A DNA stretch of 64,000 nucleotides from a phage. The first letter of the stretch is position 1; each line of letters opens with the position of its first letter. The notes below the pieces were generated by a model. The model did no database searches. It was not told the origin of the DNA and saw only the letters and a program-made list of their open reading frames with translations. Location of the stretch: the sequence record PQ374922.1, one strand, 5' to 3'. The translations under genes were made by a program, and so were the position numbers. Below are positions 35,771 to 45,784 of this stretch, one piece after another.

Positions 35771-37333
35771 TTACTTGTACAGACCTGTCACGTCAATAGA
35801 CTTGTGCTGGCGATTGTACTCAGCAGTGTAGTCATCCAACACCAGGTATTCACAGCAGCGGATTTTGCTTGAACCAAAATCATCGGTGACCGACACGATG
35901 TCACGCGGGTTCAGCTTACAGCGAACGACACGCTGGCCAACAGAACCGAAGCACTGTTTCAGATAGGCCAGGGAGCAAACGTGCAAACCGTATGAACACA
36001 GTTCAGAGTTGTTGTCGTTCACGAATGAGCGAGCCATCCGCACGATAGTGCCTGGGGCGTTGCTGATCGTGTTGCTGTGCTTGTCCATGTAGTTGCCGCG
36101 CACCGATTTGTAGAGGATGATGTCACCATCGTCGTCAATTTCGATGTCAGAGTACGCCATGAACTCATAGATGCGCCCAGACTGAACCAGAGAAGCTGAC
36201 GGGTTCTGGAACATTTTGTCCATAAACTTCGCCATGCGGTCCAGGTTGTGGAAGTCACCCTTCAGCATCAGCGCCAGTACACGCTTGGCGATGGATGTGC
36301 CTGTGATGTCATGACCGGACCAGCGGACACGGTTGTCAGACACGTCTACTAGACCAGCAGCGTACTTCGCGATGGCTTCACGGGGGCGCATCAGCGAGTA
36401 TGCCAGCTTCACGTCTTTGTCTTTGATCGCCTGTACGATGCGGTCATAGGCCGGGTGTGAAGTGGTGATCGTTTCCGGCTTGCCGTCAATCGCGATAACA
36501 ACGCTGTCAGGAAGAATCAGGATCTGGTGTTCGTTCAGGAACACGTCCAGGTCTTTCGCGCCGAAGTCCTGCTTGGTCTTCTTATCATCAGCCACTTCTT
36601 CAACGTCTTTGACAGCGACGGCGAATTCTACAGAAGACAGAGCCAGACGCAGGGTGCGACCGAGGATGCCATCAAAGTAACCAACACGGCGACGGGCATC
36701 CAAGGATCCACGGATAGGATAGGTTTCCCCGTCAATCACAACGCTGATTTCAACGTTGCTCGGAACTTTGTCCGCACCTTCTGACAGAGCCACAGAAATT
36801 TCTGCCATCTTGCCGATATCTTCAACATCGAAAGCACGACTATCACCTTCCACAGGAGTCAATTCAGACTTTTCAAAGAAAGCCCCTTTGAAATTGCCGT
36901 CGTTAGTGAGACACAGATACTTGTTGTGGTTCGGCAGATATGCCCCAACATACCATTCTGTGCCATCTTTGTCTTTGGCCGTGCCGCCCGGTTGGACCTC
37001 GAACACTTCTTGTTCTTCCGGCTTGATAGGAGAGATCACAGTTACCTTGTTTTCCTCCTCGGTAATGCGGACCAACAGGGCACGGGCGATCGTCTTGGCG
37101 CTTACAGCAAAGAACTCAGCCAGGGCACGGTTGCTTTCACCAGCCTTGCTCTTCATCTGAATCTGCTGAATCTCTTCAGTGGTAAGAGATTTCAGCGATA
37201 ACGGGTTGACACCGAGTTCCGTGTCTGCAACACGTTGTACAGTCGAGCGGGGTATGCCCAACAGAGTAGCAATTGCGCTCTGGCTTTTGCCTTCCTTCAA
37301 ATACTTCAGGATCTTTTCGTCAATCTTGTTCAT
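35771..37333 (-). CDS. rIIB: rIIB-like membrane-associated protein (enlarged, about 520 aa)
   Basis: Immediately downstream of rIIA on the same strand; N-terminal HTH-like segment. Start set to the internal ATG at 37333 (MNKIDEK) to avoid overlap with rIIA. Confidence 0.55.
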   Translation of the reverse strand: MNKIDEKILKYLKEGKSQSAIATLLGIPRSTVQRVADTELGVNPLSLKSLTTEEIQQIQMKSKAGESNRALAEFFAVSAKTIARALLVRITEEENKVTVISPIKPEEQEVFEVQPGGTAKDKDGTEWYVGAYLPNHNKYLCLTNDGNFKGAFFEKSELTPVEGDSRAFDVEDIGKMAEISVALSEGADKVPSNVEISVVIDGETYPIRGSLDARRRVGYFDGILGRTLRLALSSVEFAVAVKDVEEVADDKKTKQDFGAKDLDVFLNEHQILILPDSVVIAIDGKPETITTSHPAYDRIVQAIKDKDVKLAYSLMRPREAIAKYAAGLVDVSDNRVRWSGHDITGTSIAKRVLALMLKGDFHNLDRMAKFMDKMFQNPSASLVQSGRIYEFMAYSDIEIDDDGDIILYKSVRGNYMDKHSNTISNAPGTIVRMARSFVNDNNSELCSYGLHVCSLAYLKQCFGSVGQRVVRCKLNPRDIVSVTDDFGSSKIRCCEYLVLDDYTAEYNRQHKSIDVTGLYK

Positions 37334-37364
37334 CTTGTAGTTCCCACGTTGGTTAACAGGACTA

Positions 37365-40121
37365 TTATGCCCTGATAATGGAATTTGAAATAACGTCCAA
37401 GTAATCCGAAGAATTTTCAATCGGGTTCAGGGCGCTTGGTTTGTAATTCTCTTTCAAGAACCGGACAACACGATGACGCTCGATGGTCAATCGGTTTTCC
37501 CGCCTTGCTTTCAATGACGGAGTCCTCGATATATCAAACGGTGTAAATCCATGAGACAGCAACACATCCGAAGCGTATTCAAAGATCTGTAGCATCTGAT
37601 GTTCTGAACGGAAGATCTTTTCGTCACGCTCGTTGGCGTACAAATTCACGTTAAGAGAATGTATTGTGTCCTGGAAATGGCTAAATCGACGCTTGTCATT
37701 GATTGAAACCGGGGCTTTCGCCAGGCTTTGGTAATGACGTACAGTCTGCTCATCCAAGATATCGTCCACAACTTTCATTAACTTGTTGTAACGGCTGACC
37801 AATTTTCCATAACGATCGTCTTCAACATCACCAAACGCCTGATGAACCAGATGGCTCCCGTATTTTAATCGATCCGCCCCAAGGCGCATGCGGCGGTATG
37901 ATTCCAGTATGCGTCTGGCGCTATCGCGTTCCATCATAGGCTTCACGTTTTCCAACATGATCTTCAGGATTTCATCGATCGGTATGAAGACCTCTGGGAA
38001 CTTCTTCATCATTGGCACGGATTTACGACGAGCCAAGAAGATTCGGTTGTGAACGTTCAACATATCGCTGATATACACTGGCTTGCCTTCATCGTCGACA
38101 CTGACTGCGTGCTCATACAGAGATTTACGAATACCCCGCGCCGCCGCAGTCGTCAACGTTCTGTCCATCACCTGATGGATACACGCATGGCCAGACACCT
38201 CAATATAGACGATGCGCTCGCCCTTGTTGATGATATCTGAGATCTGGTCGCCCGTCAGTTCTTCATACTGGTATATGTCGAAGTTGCTGCGCGTGAACGG
38301 AAACAGGCCAGGGTCTTTGGTGACCGGGGGCGTGACATACGACAGTTCGTTCATGAACTTGACTTCAGCAGGCTCCAACACCGCACTCAGCCAATCGACG
38401 AACTTGTCGGCGAAGCACAGATAATCAACCGTCGTTTCTTCTTTACCAATCCAAGTTTCAAAGAAATCATAGAGAGCCTGAGAATTCTTGAACGCAGGGT
38501 TGTCCTTAGATTGGTTGCGCTTGGTGACATAGGATGTGTTCGGCTTGGCCACGATGACTATCGTCCCTGTATCTTTCAGCTGCTTGATCTTCAGATTACG
38601 TGCACGAACACTATCTTCGATCACCACAGTAACATGCTGGCCGCGATCAATCCACTTCTGGATTTCTGAAATGGTCAAATTACTGGACTCACCCCAGTCA
38701 TAGAAGATCTCCATAGAGAACGGCGATGACAGCTCATTGAACGGCGCGGTATGGTCATAATCGCGATCAATCTCAACAGGCAGCGGGTAACGGTAATATG
38801 AATCATGAAAGCGCTTGTCAGCCGGGTATTCCTTTTCAACCATCTTGCGGAACCCACTGCCGAACATTTCACTCAGTTTTACCTTCTCCATATACAGGGC
38901 AAGAGGACCGCGCTTACACGCCAGCTCCAGGTCACGCATCTTTTCTGTCAAGATTGCATTGGCGGTGCCCTTAAACTCCTCAGAGAGCGTCTCACGCGTG
39001 AATTCGTCATATGAAAGGTCTTCACGCGACGGTGGTACGTTCAGCGAGCCAAGTTCGAAGAACGTATAGGACGATGGAAACTTGCTCATGATGGAAGCAG
39101 TGTCCGGGTCCAGCTGGTCCAGGTCAATCGGGTACGACACGCCACCCATTACAGCATAATGGGTGTTCCCCTGGCCTTTCGGCTGGATGTACGTGTTGTT
39201 GACCTTGAAATCATAACTGATATCTTCCCAGCTGAAGCGGTATGAAGCGTTCTCAACAATTGGACGTTGTTCAGGGCGCATAACACGACCAAGGCGAACC
39301 AGCTCATCAGAGAATGCGGAGAAGCGAGCGTTCTTCACCGGGATCTTCACCGTCATGCCGTTGAACTCATCGGTGTCTTCCGGCTTAGGATCACGGGTTT
39401 CAAGATCTTTGGTGATCAGATCAACAGTCGGGATGCGCTTGGCATTCAGGTACATCAGGAAGCGATGGAGTTTACCGTCCATGCGGCTTTCCACTGTGAA
39501 CGAATCCGATACCGCAAATGGTGATTTGGAGCCAAGACCGAATGCCCCAATCTGATCATCATCTTCTTCCTTCGTACTGTGGAAGAGAGTGGTATACAAC
39601 CCAGGCGTACGAATGATTTCACCATCTTCGCGACGGAACACTAGACCACCATTATAGAACGCAGGCACACCGATGACCTCAGCTGAGTCAGGGATCTCGT
39701 CTTCCTTGACCACCATGTTGCCTTCCAGCAGCACCTCATCTTCCTGCGCTGGGATAGGCTCGCCAATGATCTTCTCGAGTGGCAGACCGATGCCGTAATC
39801 ACGGATTTCCAGCCATGGTTCAAAGTCATCAGGTAGATGCACAACAACCTGCTTACCCTTCGGTGCAAGGTATTTGCTATGGCGGGCAGGAGGCGGAGTG
39901 AGAGGCGCGTAGTGGGATGCTATCATACGGTGCATACGATCACGCATGCCATGGGAGTCGATGGCGTTACAGACGGTTTCGCGCAGGGCTGCAGCCTCTT
40001 TGTAACGATACAATGATGAGAACAGAGTCTCAAACATCTTATCGTTCATCTTCACGTTGAACGCCTGCCCCTGAATGGAAGACGACGAGCGGATAAAGTG
40101 CTCGGACTTGCGCATTTTCAT
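37365..40121 (-). CDS. rIIA: rIIA-like protein with GHKL/Bergerat-type ATPase N-terminal domain
   Basis: 918 aa; N-terminal ETVCNAIDSHGMRD (N-box-like) and Gly-rich GAFGLGSKSPFAVSD (G2-box-like); synteny with the rIIB-like gene. Confidence 0.7.
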   Translation of the reverse strand: MKMRKSEHFIRSSSSIQGQAFNVKMNDKMFETLFSSLYRYKEAAALRETVCNAIDSHGMRDRMHRMIASHYAPLTPPPARHSKYLAPKGKQVVVHLPDDFEPWLEIRDYGIGLPLEKIIGEPIPAQEDEVLLEGNMVVKEDEIPDSAEVIGVPAFYNGGLVFRREDGEIIRTPGLYTTLFHSTKEEDDDQIGAFGLGSKSPFAVSDSFTVESRMDGKLHRFLMYLNAKRIPTVDLITKDLETRDPKPEDTDEFNGMTVKIPVKNARFSAFSDELVRLGRVMRPEQRPIVENASYRFSWEDISYDFKVNNTYIQPKGQGNTHYAVMGGVSYPIDLDQLDPDTASIMSKFPSSYTFFELGSLNVPPSREDLSYDEFTRETLSEEFKGTANAILTEKMRDLELACKRGPLALYMEKVKLSEMFGSGFRKMVEKEYPADKRFHDSYYRYPLPVEIDRDYDHTAPFNELSSPFSMEIFYDWGESSNLTISEIQKWIDRGQHVTVVIEDSVRARNLKIKQLKDTGTIVIVAKPNTSYVTKRNQSKDNPAFKNSQALYDFFETWIGKEETTVDYLCFADKFVDWLSAVLEPAEVKFMNELSYVTPPVTKDPGLFPFTRSNFDIYQYEELTGDQISDIINKGERIVYIEVSGHACIHQVMDRTLTTAAARGIRKSLYEHAVSVDDEGKPVYISDMLNVHNRIFLARRKSVPMMKKFPEVFIPIDEILKIMLENVKPMMERDSARRILESYRRMRLGADRLKYGSHLVHQAFGDVEDDRYGKLVSRYNKLMKVVDDILDEQTVRHYQSLAKAPVSINDKRRFSHFQDTIHSLNVNLYANERDEKIFRSEHQMLQIFEYASDVLLSHGFTPFDISRTPSLKARRENRLTIERHRVVRFLKENYKPSALNPIENSSDYLDVISNSIIRA

Positions 40122-40194
40122 AGTATAGAAATCCTATCAATGTCAAAGGGGAACATATTGGTTGAGTGGGTATAATACGGTGGGCGTCTTCAAT

Positions 40195-40222
40195 TGAAAA
40201 AGCCCTCGGCTGAGGGCTTTGT
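40195..40222. terminator. Bidirectional hairpin terminator (agccctc-ggct-gagggct)
   Basis: Stem-loop flanked by an A-run and a T-run, between rIIA and the downstream minus-strand operon. Confidence 0.55.
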
Positions 40223-40227
40223 TCAGA

Positions 40228-40575
40228 TCAATCTTCGGTGGCAAATCGCGCCTGGAAGTCGAATGTTGGGCGCTGGGCACCAGGTTCCAACTTCTCTTCC
40301 AGATAGCCGATGATGGTGCGGGTGACCGACACAGGCTCTTTGCGTGGGTTGACTGGAGTAGCCAGCGCGATGATAGAGGACTGCTGCTCTTCTACACGCG
40401 TGTATTCCACATTGAAGTGATAGCGAGAACCAAAGGCCGCCACTTCGACTTCAACGATTTGTAGATCTTTCAGGTCAGTGCTGCTCAGGGTTCCCACGTT
40501 CAACTGTGAGCGCAGGTGCTCAACAATGTTGGAGTACACATACTGTGGGGTGATCAGCTGTTCAATAGAACTCAT
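40228..40575 (-). CDS. Hypothetical protein (115 aa)
   Basis: ORF; no motif recognised. Confidence 0.5.
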   Translation of the reverse strand: MSSIEQLITPQYVYSNIVEHLRSQLNVGTLSSTDLKDLQIVEVEVAAFGSRYHFNVEYTRVEEQQSSIIALATPVNPRKEPVSVTRTIIGYLEEKLEPGAQRPTFDFQARFATED

Positions 40576-40716
40576 AACATATCCTCTACTTTTTGGGTTC
40601 GGTTTTACTTAATCGAGCGACCTCTGCTCGAAGGAAGATTATCTCGTCGGTCATCAAACATCACCCATGATCTGGCCAACTTTGGAGTGCCTGAAGGATC
40701 TTTCTATAGGCACTCC

Positions 40717-40917
40717 TCACTTACGTTTGCGCTTGTTCTTTCCATAGGTCTTCGCCTTCTTCTTGCGGGTTACAGATGGACGACCATGTCCTGGTTCGCC
40801 GGGTGTGCCACCCTGAGTGTAACGACGCCCCCACATGTCATCACCACGATGCGCGGCGACGATTTCCATTTCTGACAGCGCTAGCATAGCAGCAACAGCC
40901 GCAGATGATTTCTTCAT
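40717..40917 (-). CDS. Small protein with hydrophobic N-terminus and highly basic C-terminal tail (66 aa)
   Basis: MKKSSAAVAAMLAL ... RKKKAKTYGKNKRKRK. Confidence 0.35.
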   Translation of the reverse strand: MKKSSAAVAAMLALSEMEIVAAHRGDDMWGRRYTQGGTPGEPGHGRPSVTRKKKAKTYGKNKRKRK

Positions 40918-41450
40918 TTTGTTTCCCCCTTGGCAGCATAGGACAGTGCCTGAACAATCATTACAGCCAGATCGATCGGCGAGTAGGTGCTGTTCAGATC
41001 TTCTCGAACACTCTGCTCGATTTCTTCATCAGACTGGACCACAGGACAGTTCTTCCCCTGGCGACGGCGTTCTGCGTTGATCATATCACGCAGGAGCAGA
41101 TCGGTGAAGGAGTACTCGTCAAAGTTCTCCAGGTATTTCTGAATCCCAGTGGATACAGGGGTTGGCTCCGGCTCCTGTGCCCTAGGATCTTTCAGGGCAG
41201 CAACAGTGGCATCAATATCCCACAGAGGGTTCATCAGTAACAGAAGATTAACTGTTTCTCCTGACTCTGAAGTCGGGTTATTTCCCAGCACCTTGTAAAG
41301 ATTCTTCAGGGTGCTGTCAAAGGTCAGAACGGTCTGTGCCAGTTCTTCATAAGTTGGTTTGGTAGTCATCAGCGTTTGCTCCGGCGTTTGTTCTTCATCT
41401 TTCTTGGCTTGTCTGTCATGTTCCTGTCCACGAAAAAGGGGATAGGGCAA
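40914..41450 (-). CDS. Hypothetical protein (178 aa; start possibly internal)
   Basis: ATGA overlap with the downstream gene. Confidence 0.45.
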   Translation of the reverse strand: MPYPLFRGQEHDRQAKKDEEQTPEQTLMTTKPTYEELAQTVLTFDSTLKNLYKVLGNNPTSESGETVNLLLLMNPLWDIDATVAALKDPRAQEPEPTPVSTGIQKYLENFDEYSFTDLLLRDMINAERRRQGKNCPVVQSDEEIEQSVREDLNSTYSPIDLAVMIVQALSYAAKGETK

Positions 41451-41481
41451 TAATACCCTATCCCCTTTTATTGAAGAACGA

Positions 41482-41895
41482 TTAGTCTTCAGATTCTACT
41501 TTGCCGCCTCGTAGATCCCGAACTGGTTTACCGTCCGGTGCCATCACATAAATGGTGTTGATTGTCTCAAACCAAGACAGCTGGTCAACACCCTCGGTGT
41601 ATGGGGTCACCGGAACAGAAGTCTTGACCTCTTTGCCTTTCGTGTTCGGATGTTCAACCACATCCAAGAACGCACATTTCCCGCTCGGAAGGATCACACC
41701 ATCAGTAAACAGCACGATCTTCTTGCGAGGGTTGCTGGCCTCACCCAGGCACACCACCAGATGATGGATCATCTCGGGGCGGTCAATCAACATGTCGTCT
41801 TTGATAATCCCTTGCTTGATAGCAGAGATCACCACTTCATCCAACAGAGCCTGCTGTTGGTCCAGTGTCAGGGATTCAGTGAGTTTCACGCTCAT
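41482..41895 (-). CDS. Hypothetical protein (137 aa)
   Basis: ORF; no motif recognised. Confidence 0.5.
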   Translation of the reverse strand: MSVKLTESLTLDQQQALLDEVVISAIKQGIIKDDMLIDRPEMIHHLVVCLGEASNPRKKIVLFTDGVILPSGKCAFLDVVEHPNTKGKEVKTSVPVTPYTEGVDQLSWFETINTIYVMAPDGKPVRDLRGGKVESED

Positions 41896-41899
41896 GACA

Positions 41900-42469
41900 T
41901 CAGCCTTTGAAGTTAATCGGTTTCTGAATACCAGCGTCGAACGCGGCCTGGGTACGGGTATCGCTCACCACCTGGCAGGTCTTGTCAAGGTCGATGCGCG
42001 GGTAGCCGAACATGCCAGCAATCAACGAACCAGGGAATTGAGCCAGCTTGGTTTCGTACATTGCGCAGATATCCAGCTTCTTGGTCTGGCTGATGCGGAA
42101 TTCATCACGCCCAGAACTGATCACCACCTGGATCTCTTTGTACAGGCTGGAATCGAACTGAATATTCTGCTCCTGGATCCACTGCATGACGGCCTTGGAA
42201 CCATCAGCGCCATAACGCCCTTCGAACGTGCCTTTGATCACTTCCTTCAGGCCGTCTTTATACATGTCAGGAATCTGCGCCGTCTCCTGAACTTTGAGCG
42301 TGTAGTTGCTCAGGTAGTTCTCGGAGTCTTTGTTGAACTTCTTGACCTGCTGCTCAGTGCGGTTGAAGTCGTTGAAGTAGCTGATGACTGTACTGATGCC
42401 GAGAATCACTATACCCAGCAAAGCCAAACCAACTATCCAACCTGTTGCGATACCCTTAGATTGAGACAT
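41900..42469 (-). CDS. LemA-family membrane protein
   Basis: N-terminal TM helix plus C-terminal YETKLAQFPGSLIAGMFGY matching the LemA YN-x-x-I-x-x-FP-x-N-x-x-A-x-x-FGF pattern; typical length of about 190 aa. Confidence 0.5.
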   Translation of the reverse strand: MSQSKGIATGWIVGLALLGIVILGISTVISYFNDFNRTEQQVKKFNKDSENYLSNYTLKVQETAQIPDMYKDGLKEVIKGTFEGRYGADGSKAVMQWIQEQNIQFDSSLYKEIQVVISSGRDEFRISQTKKLDICAMYETKLAQFPGSLIAGMFGYPRIDLDKTCQVVSDTRTQAAFDAGIQKPINFKG

Positions 42470-42487
42470 TCTTACTTCCTCTTTTGA

Positions 42488-43600
42488 TTAAAAATTAAAC
42501 GGATAACGACGGCCACCATTGTACTCCATTCGCTGTAATATGAAAATTGCGGTGAACGGCAGACAGCCTAGCAGAACAACAATCACAACTTCCCAGGTCT
42601 TGAGTTCCCGCCACTTCAGGTACTCCATTTCCTTCATCTCAACGCGGTTGTAGCCTTTGGTGATGTTAGCGACAACATCAGCCATGACACCGACACCCAT
42701 GTCGTGTCCTGTGAGAGCCATGCCATTGCGAGAGTGGAGTTCACGGTTATGCATACCATCAGCGAACGAAGTGCTCTTACCCCAGTTGATCTTCAGGTCT
42801 TTGTTGATGTCGGTCACGACGATAACGTCGTTCTTTTTACCACCATCCCAAGCATAGACCAAGCCCTGGAAGTATTCAACTGGCTGACCGGAAGTCACAA
42901 CCCAGACGATATTGACCTGACGTGAAGCGCCTAATGTTTTCAGAGTATTGTTCAGATGGTCGTTCCAGTATGTGGTCGGTAACGCCAGACCAGACACATT
43001 CAGTACACGAGTGACGCGATAGTAGTCATAGACCTCAGGGTACTTGGGAATCTTGTCTTTGAAGCGCTCAGCAAACTGCTGGTCTGAACGAGAGAACAGA
43101 GAGTCTTTGTTACCCAGCACATAGTTCATGTAGGAATGCTCACGGGCTGCGGGTTCGCCGATCTGAACCTGCGCCCAGCGCGGGGGCTGACCAAGACCGC
43201 GACGATCAATGCGGTCAATCGTCAGATTACCGACAGTCGTCAACACATCCCAGTCCACGTCATATGAATGCTCATAACATGTACTGCAATGGCGAGTGCG
43301 GGTACAGGACTTGCTGCTGCCGGAGCCGGAGCATGATGTGGTGTAGTAGCAGTTGCATTCATATGAATGCTCACAGCTCACCTTATTCCGCTCCTTTGCA
43401 GTGACGTACCCGTTCAGGATCTCAACATCCCCTGAACTGCCAAGGGAGAACGCAGCATAAGTCCCCGCCTGAATCAGACAGGATAGCACCACTACAATCG
43501 CGGTCGCTATCAGAGTCTCTTTCGGCTCATGGGTCTTGCGGTGGTAGATCACAAACAGGATAGCCAGTACCAATGGCACACCAAACAGGAGGTAGATCAT
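42488..43600 (-). CDS. Membrane protein with N- and C-terminal TM helices and a Cys-rich extracytoplasmic domain (370 aa)
   Basis: TM helices at both ends; cluster CEHSYECNCYYTTSCSGSGSSKSCTRTRHCSTC; 4-nt overlap with the downstream gene. Confidence 0.55.
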   Translation of the reverse strand: MIYLLFGVPLVLAILFVIYHRKTHEPKETLIATAIVVVLSCLIQAGTYAAFSLGSSGDVEILNGYVTAKERNKVSCEHSYECNCYYTTSCSGSGSSKSCTRTRHCSTCYEHSYDVDWDVLTTVGNLTIDRIDRRGLGQPPRWAQVQIGEPAAREHSYMNYVLGNKDSLFSRSDQQFAERFKDKIPKYPEVYDYYRVTRVLNVSGLALPTTYWNDHLNNTLKTLGASRQVNIVWVVTSGQPVEYFQGLVYAWDGGKKNDVIVVTDINKDLKINWGKSTSFADGMHNRELHSRNGMALTGHDMGVGVMADVVANITKGYNRVEMKEMEYLKWRELKTWEVVIVVLLGCLPFTAIFILQRMEYNGGRRYPFNF

Positions 43601-43815
43601 TTGGATTCACCGACGAGCTGCGCCTTGGTCATCCCAAGGAGTTGATCTTTATGCTCAGGATTGGCACCGTTCTTTAACAACAAATCCCAACGCTCTTCAT
43701 GGTACTGTGGGTCCAGTGCTTCATCAAATGTGATGTGGTGGCGGAACATAATAGTTGCCACTGAATGGACACAGTGAGCGATTGCGCGCTTCATTGTTCG
43801 GGTATTCTTGATCAT
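43597..43815 (-). CDS. Hypothetical protein (72 aa)
   Basis: ORF overlapping the start of the 370-aa gene. Confidence 0.4.
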   Translation of the reverse strand: MIKNTRTMKRAIAHCVHSVATIMFRHHITFDEALDPQYHEERWDLLLKNGANPEHKDQLLGMTKAQLVGESK

Positions 43816-43983
43816 TTGGATTCTCCCATGACGATAACGGAAGCGCCAAAAGTCGCTTCCATGTTGAGTAGAGACATATCTTCAATTCGTTGCATTGCCA
43901 TGATGTATATTCTTGCAAAAAGAAAGGGGAACGGGCTAATAATAACCCATTCCCCTTTATTGAAGGAAGCAACCCCAGTCAGA

Positions 43984-44151
43984 TTACTTTTTCTTCAGCT
44001 CTTCCAGTTTGGCTTCGATCTGGTCCAGAATCTCTTTGCCTTTCTGAACAATCACTTCACCATCTTGCGCGTGTTTACGGAAGACCAGAGCACCAGCGAT
44101 GAAGCCGACAACCGCGCCAGGAAGCGCATAAACCAGCAGATCTTGTAACAT
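43984..44151 (-). CDS. Small membrane protein (55 aa) expressed from a late promoter
   Basis: ATG with GAGGA RBS; one TM helix (LLVYALPGAVVGFIAGALVF) plus amphipathic C-terminus; exact TATAAATA 29 nt upstream. Below the 60-aa cutoff of the ORF track. Confidence 0.45.
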   Translation of the reverse strand: MLQDLLVYALPGAVVGFIAGALVFRKHAQDGEVIVQKGKEILDQIEAKLEELKKK

Positions 44152-44179
44152 GATAATATCCTCGCTTTATAGGCGAGGA

Positions 44180-44187
44180 TATTTATA
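44180..44187 (-). promoter_or_regulatory. T4-type late promoter (TATAAATA)
   Basis: Exact TATAAATA on the minus strand, directly after the stop of the 411-aa gene and upstream of the 55-aa ORF. Confidence 0.5.
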
Positions 44188-45423
44188 TCAGCGTTTCAAG
44201 AGTGTCATGAGGTTGACGCTGCTGGACTTCGGCTTGTCCTCAACCTTGCGCACAGGCATCTTCAGGTTCGTACATACCTCGGACGGTTCCCAGCGCGTAC
44301 CCTTTTGCAGGTGCCAGATATGCAGAGGAACACCAGTCTCAAAGAACACAGGCATCTTCCACTTCTGGACGCCTGGAACGTGCCCTACAGGAGCCTTTTC
44401 GCACAACAGGGTATCTGGCAGCCAGAGCGAACGGGCTTCCCAGAGCGCTGCGCAGGAGTATTCAGGCCAGACGCGTTCCATGTAGTCTATCTCATCCCAG
44501 GTACGCTCTGCGTCCCACCCGATGTAACGGGTATTCTTCAGTCGGAAGAATTTCTTCAGCCAACAAGCGCCGGAGGTTTCAAAGTTCAGGCGGTTGATGA
44601 ACGTCAGGTGCCCGAACTCAGCCACACAATCCTGGAACGCCTGCTCAAGGTCGGCCTCAAGGATGTCACACTCTTCATCCGTGATAGCACAACCGTTGAT
44701 CTTTTTCTTCCCGTGTTTAGTCACCCAATCGTCACGGTTGGACAAGAACGCCGCGCCATTACGGTTGGACTCGCTTCCATCACGATCACGCAGCATGAAG
44801 CCAGGGACGTCAATGGTGTATTCGTTCCCGAAGACCATGTTCAGGGCTTCCAGGAAGTTCCAGGCGCTCAGGCGACCGAAGTATTTCCAGGACATCGCCG
44901 TGTCCCACAGCTGGGTGAATTGTTCTGTCTTATCGATGCACACCAACATCCCACGGAAAGCGTCATATTGAGTACGGCCAGCCAGCCAGTCAATATAGGA
45001 CTGAACACACGGGATCATCTTGGACTTGCGGTAGCGACAGTCGGTATCGAATCGCATGCGTTCAAAGTTCAGATTATACCAATCAGAGAAGCGCTGCATC
45101 TCTTCCTTAGACTGAGGCGGCACAGGGAACTCACTGTAGATCGTCCACGGTCCGACGGCGTTATAGCAACAACCCCACAGGAATGCCATCCAGATCTTGC
45201 GCTCGACTTTCTGTTCGAGGCTGATGCCTTCAGTGACTTCGATCGCATAGTCCATCAGACGCATCTGCTGGTTGTGCTCTTCTGTGTAGGACAGCGCCTC
45301 CACCCAAGCCTTGAGCAGGTACATGCGATTCTCAGGCTTGCGATAATCAACAGCCAGGTCAATCGGGTACTTCCATTCAGCCGGAGGCGTATAGCCCGTC
45401 GGCATTTTAGATAAATGATGCAT
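44188..45423 (-). CDS. Hypothetical enzyme-sized protein (411 aa, Trp/aromatic-rich)
   Basis: Long ORF, last in an operon with the P-loop kinase; no nucleotidyltransferase KxDG or other motif recognised. Confidence 0.6.
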   Translation of the reverse strand: MHHLSKMPTGYTPPAEWKYPIDLAVDYRKPENRMYLLKAWVEALSYTEEHNQQMRLMDYAIEVTEGISLEQKVERKIWMAFLWGCCYNAVGPWTIYSEFPVPPQSKEEMQRFSDWYNLNFERMRFDTDCRYRKSKMIPCVQSYIDWLAGRTQYDAFRGMLVCIDKTEQFTQLWDTAMSWKYFGRLSAWNFLEALNMVFGNEYTIDVPGFMLRDRDGSESNRNGAAFLSNRDDWVTKHGKKKINGCAITDEECDILEADLEQAFQDCVAEFGHLTFINRLNFETSGACWLKKFFRLKNTRYIGWDAERTWDEIDYMERVWPEYSCAALWEARSLWLPDTLLCEKAPVGHVPGVQKWKMPVFFETGVPLHIWHLQKGTRWEPSEVCTNLKMPVRKVEDKPKSSSVNLMTLLKR

Positions 45424-45784
45424 CTTTCGCTTCCTCTTCAGGAGCCACAGCTTCAGGCTCAGGAGCCAGCTGAATGTCTTCTGGTTTCACGAACCCCATC
45501 GGACGTTCCCACATATCGACAAAGCGACGGTCAGCGGTCACGAACCACAGACGGGCTGCGGTGTGGGTCTTACTCGAGATGAACATCTGAGCGTTCGTCT
45601 GGGTACGGAACGGAGCAGCCTGCAACCACTTGCCAAAGTCTTTGGACGACGGATTGGCATTCAGTTGGAACTGAGGGATGACGCAGTTCTTTTCAGGAAT
45701 CAGGCGCACGGCAGTAATGTGCTTGGCGTTTCCGGTGTAGTCAATCGCAACAGCCACAGCATCGCGAGGGATTTGAATTTTCAT
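45407..45784 (-). CDS. Hypothetical protein (about 126 aa from internal ATG)
   Basis: ATG at 45784 with AAGGAA RBS, overlapping the stop of the upstream small ORF (ATGA). Confidence 0.45.
   Translation of the reverse strand: MKIQIPRDAVAVAIDYTGNAKHITAVRLIPEKNCVIPQFQLNANPSSKDFGKWLQAAPFRTQTNAQMFISSKTHTAARLWFVTADRRFVDMWERPMGFVKPEDIQLAPEPEAVAPEEEAKDASFI

Noticed and set aside
40122-40150. Sigma70-like TTGACA/TATACT pair upstream of rIIA
   Set aside because: The spacer is only about 13 nt and the -10 abuts the start codon, so it is unlikely to be a functional promoter.
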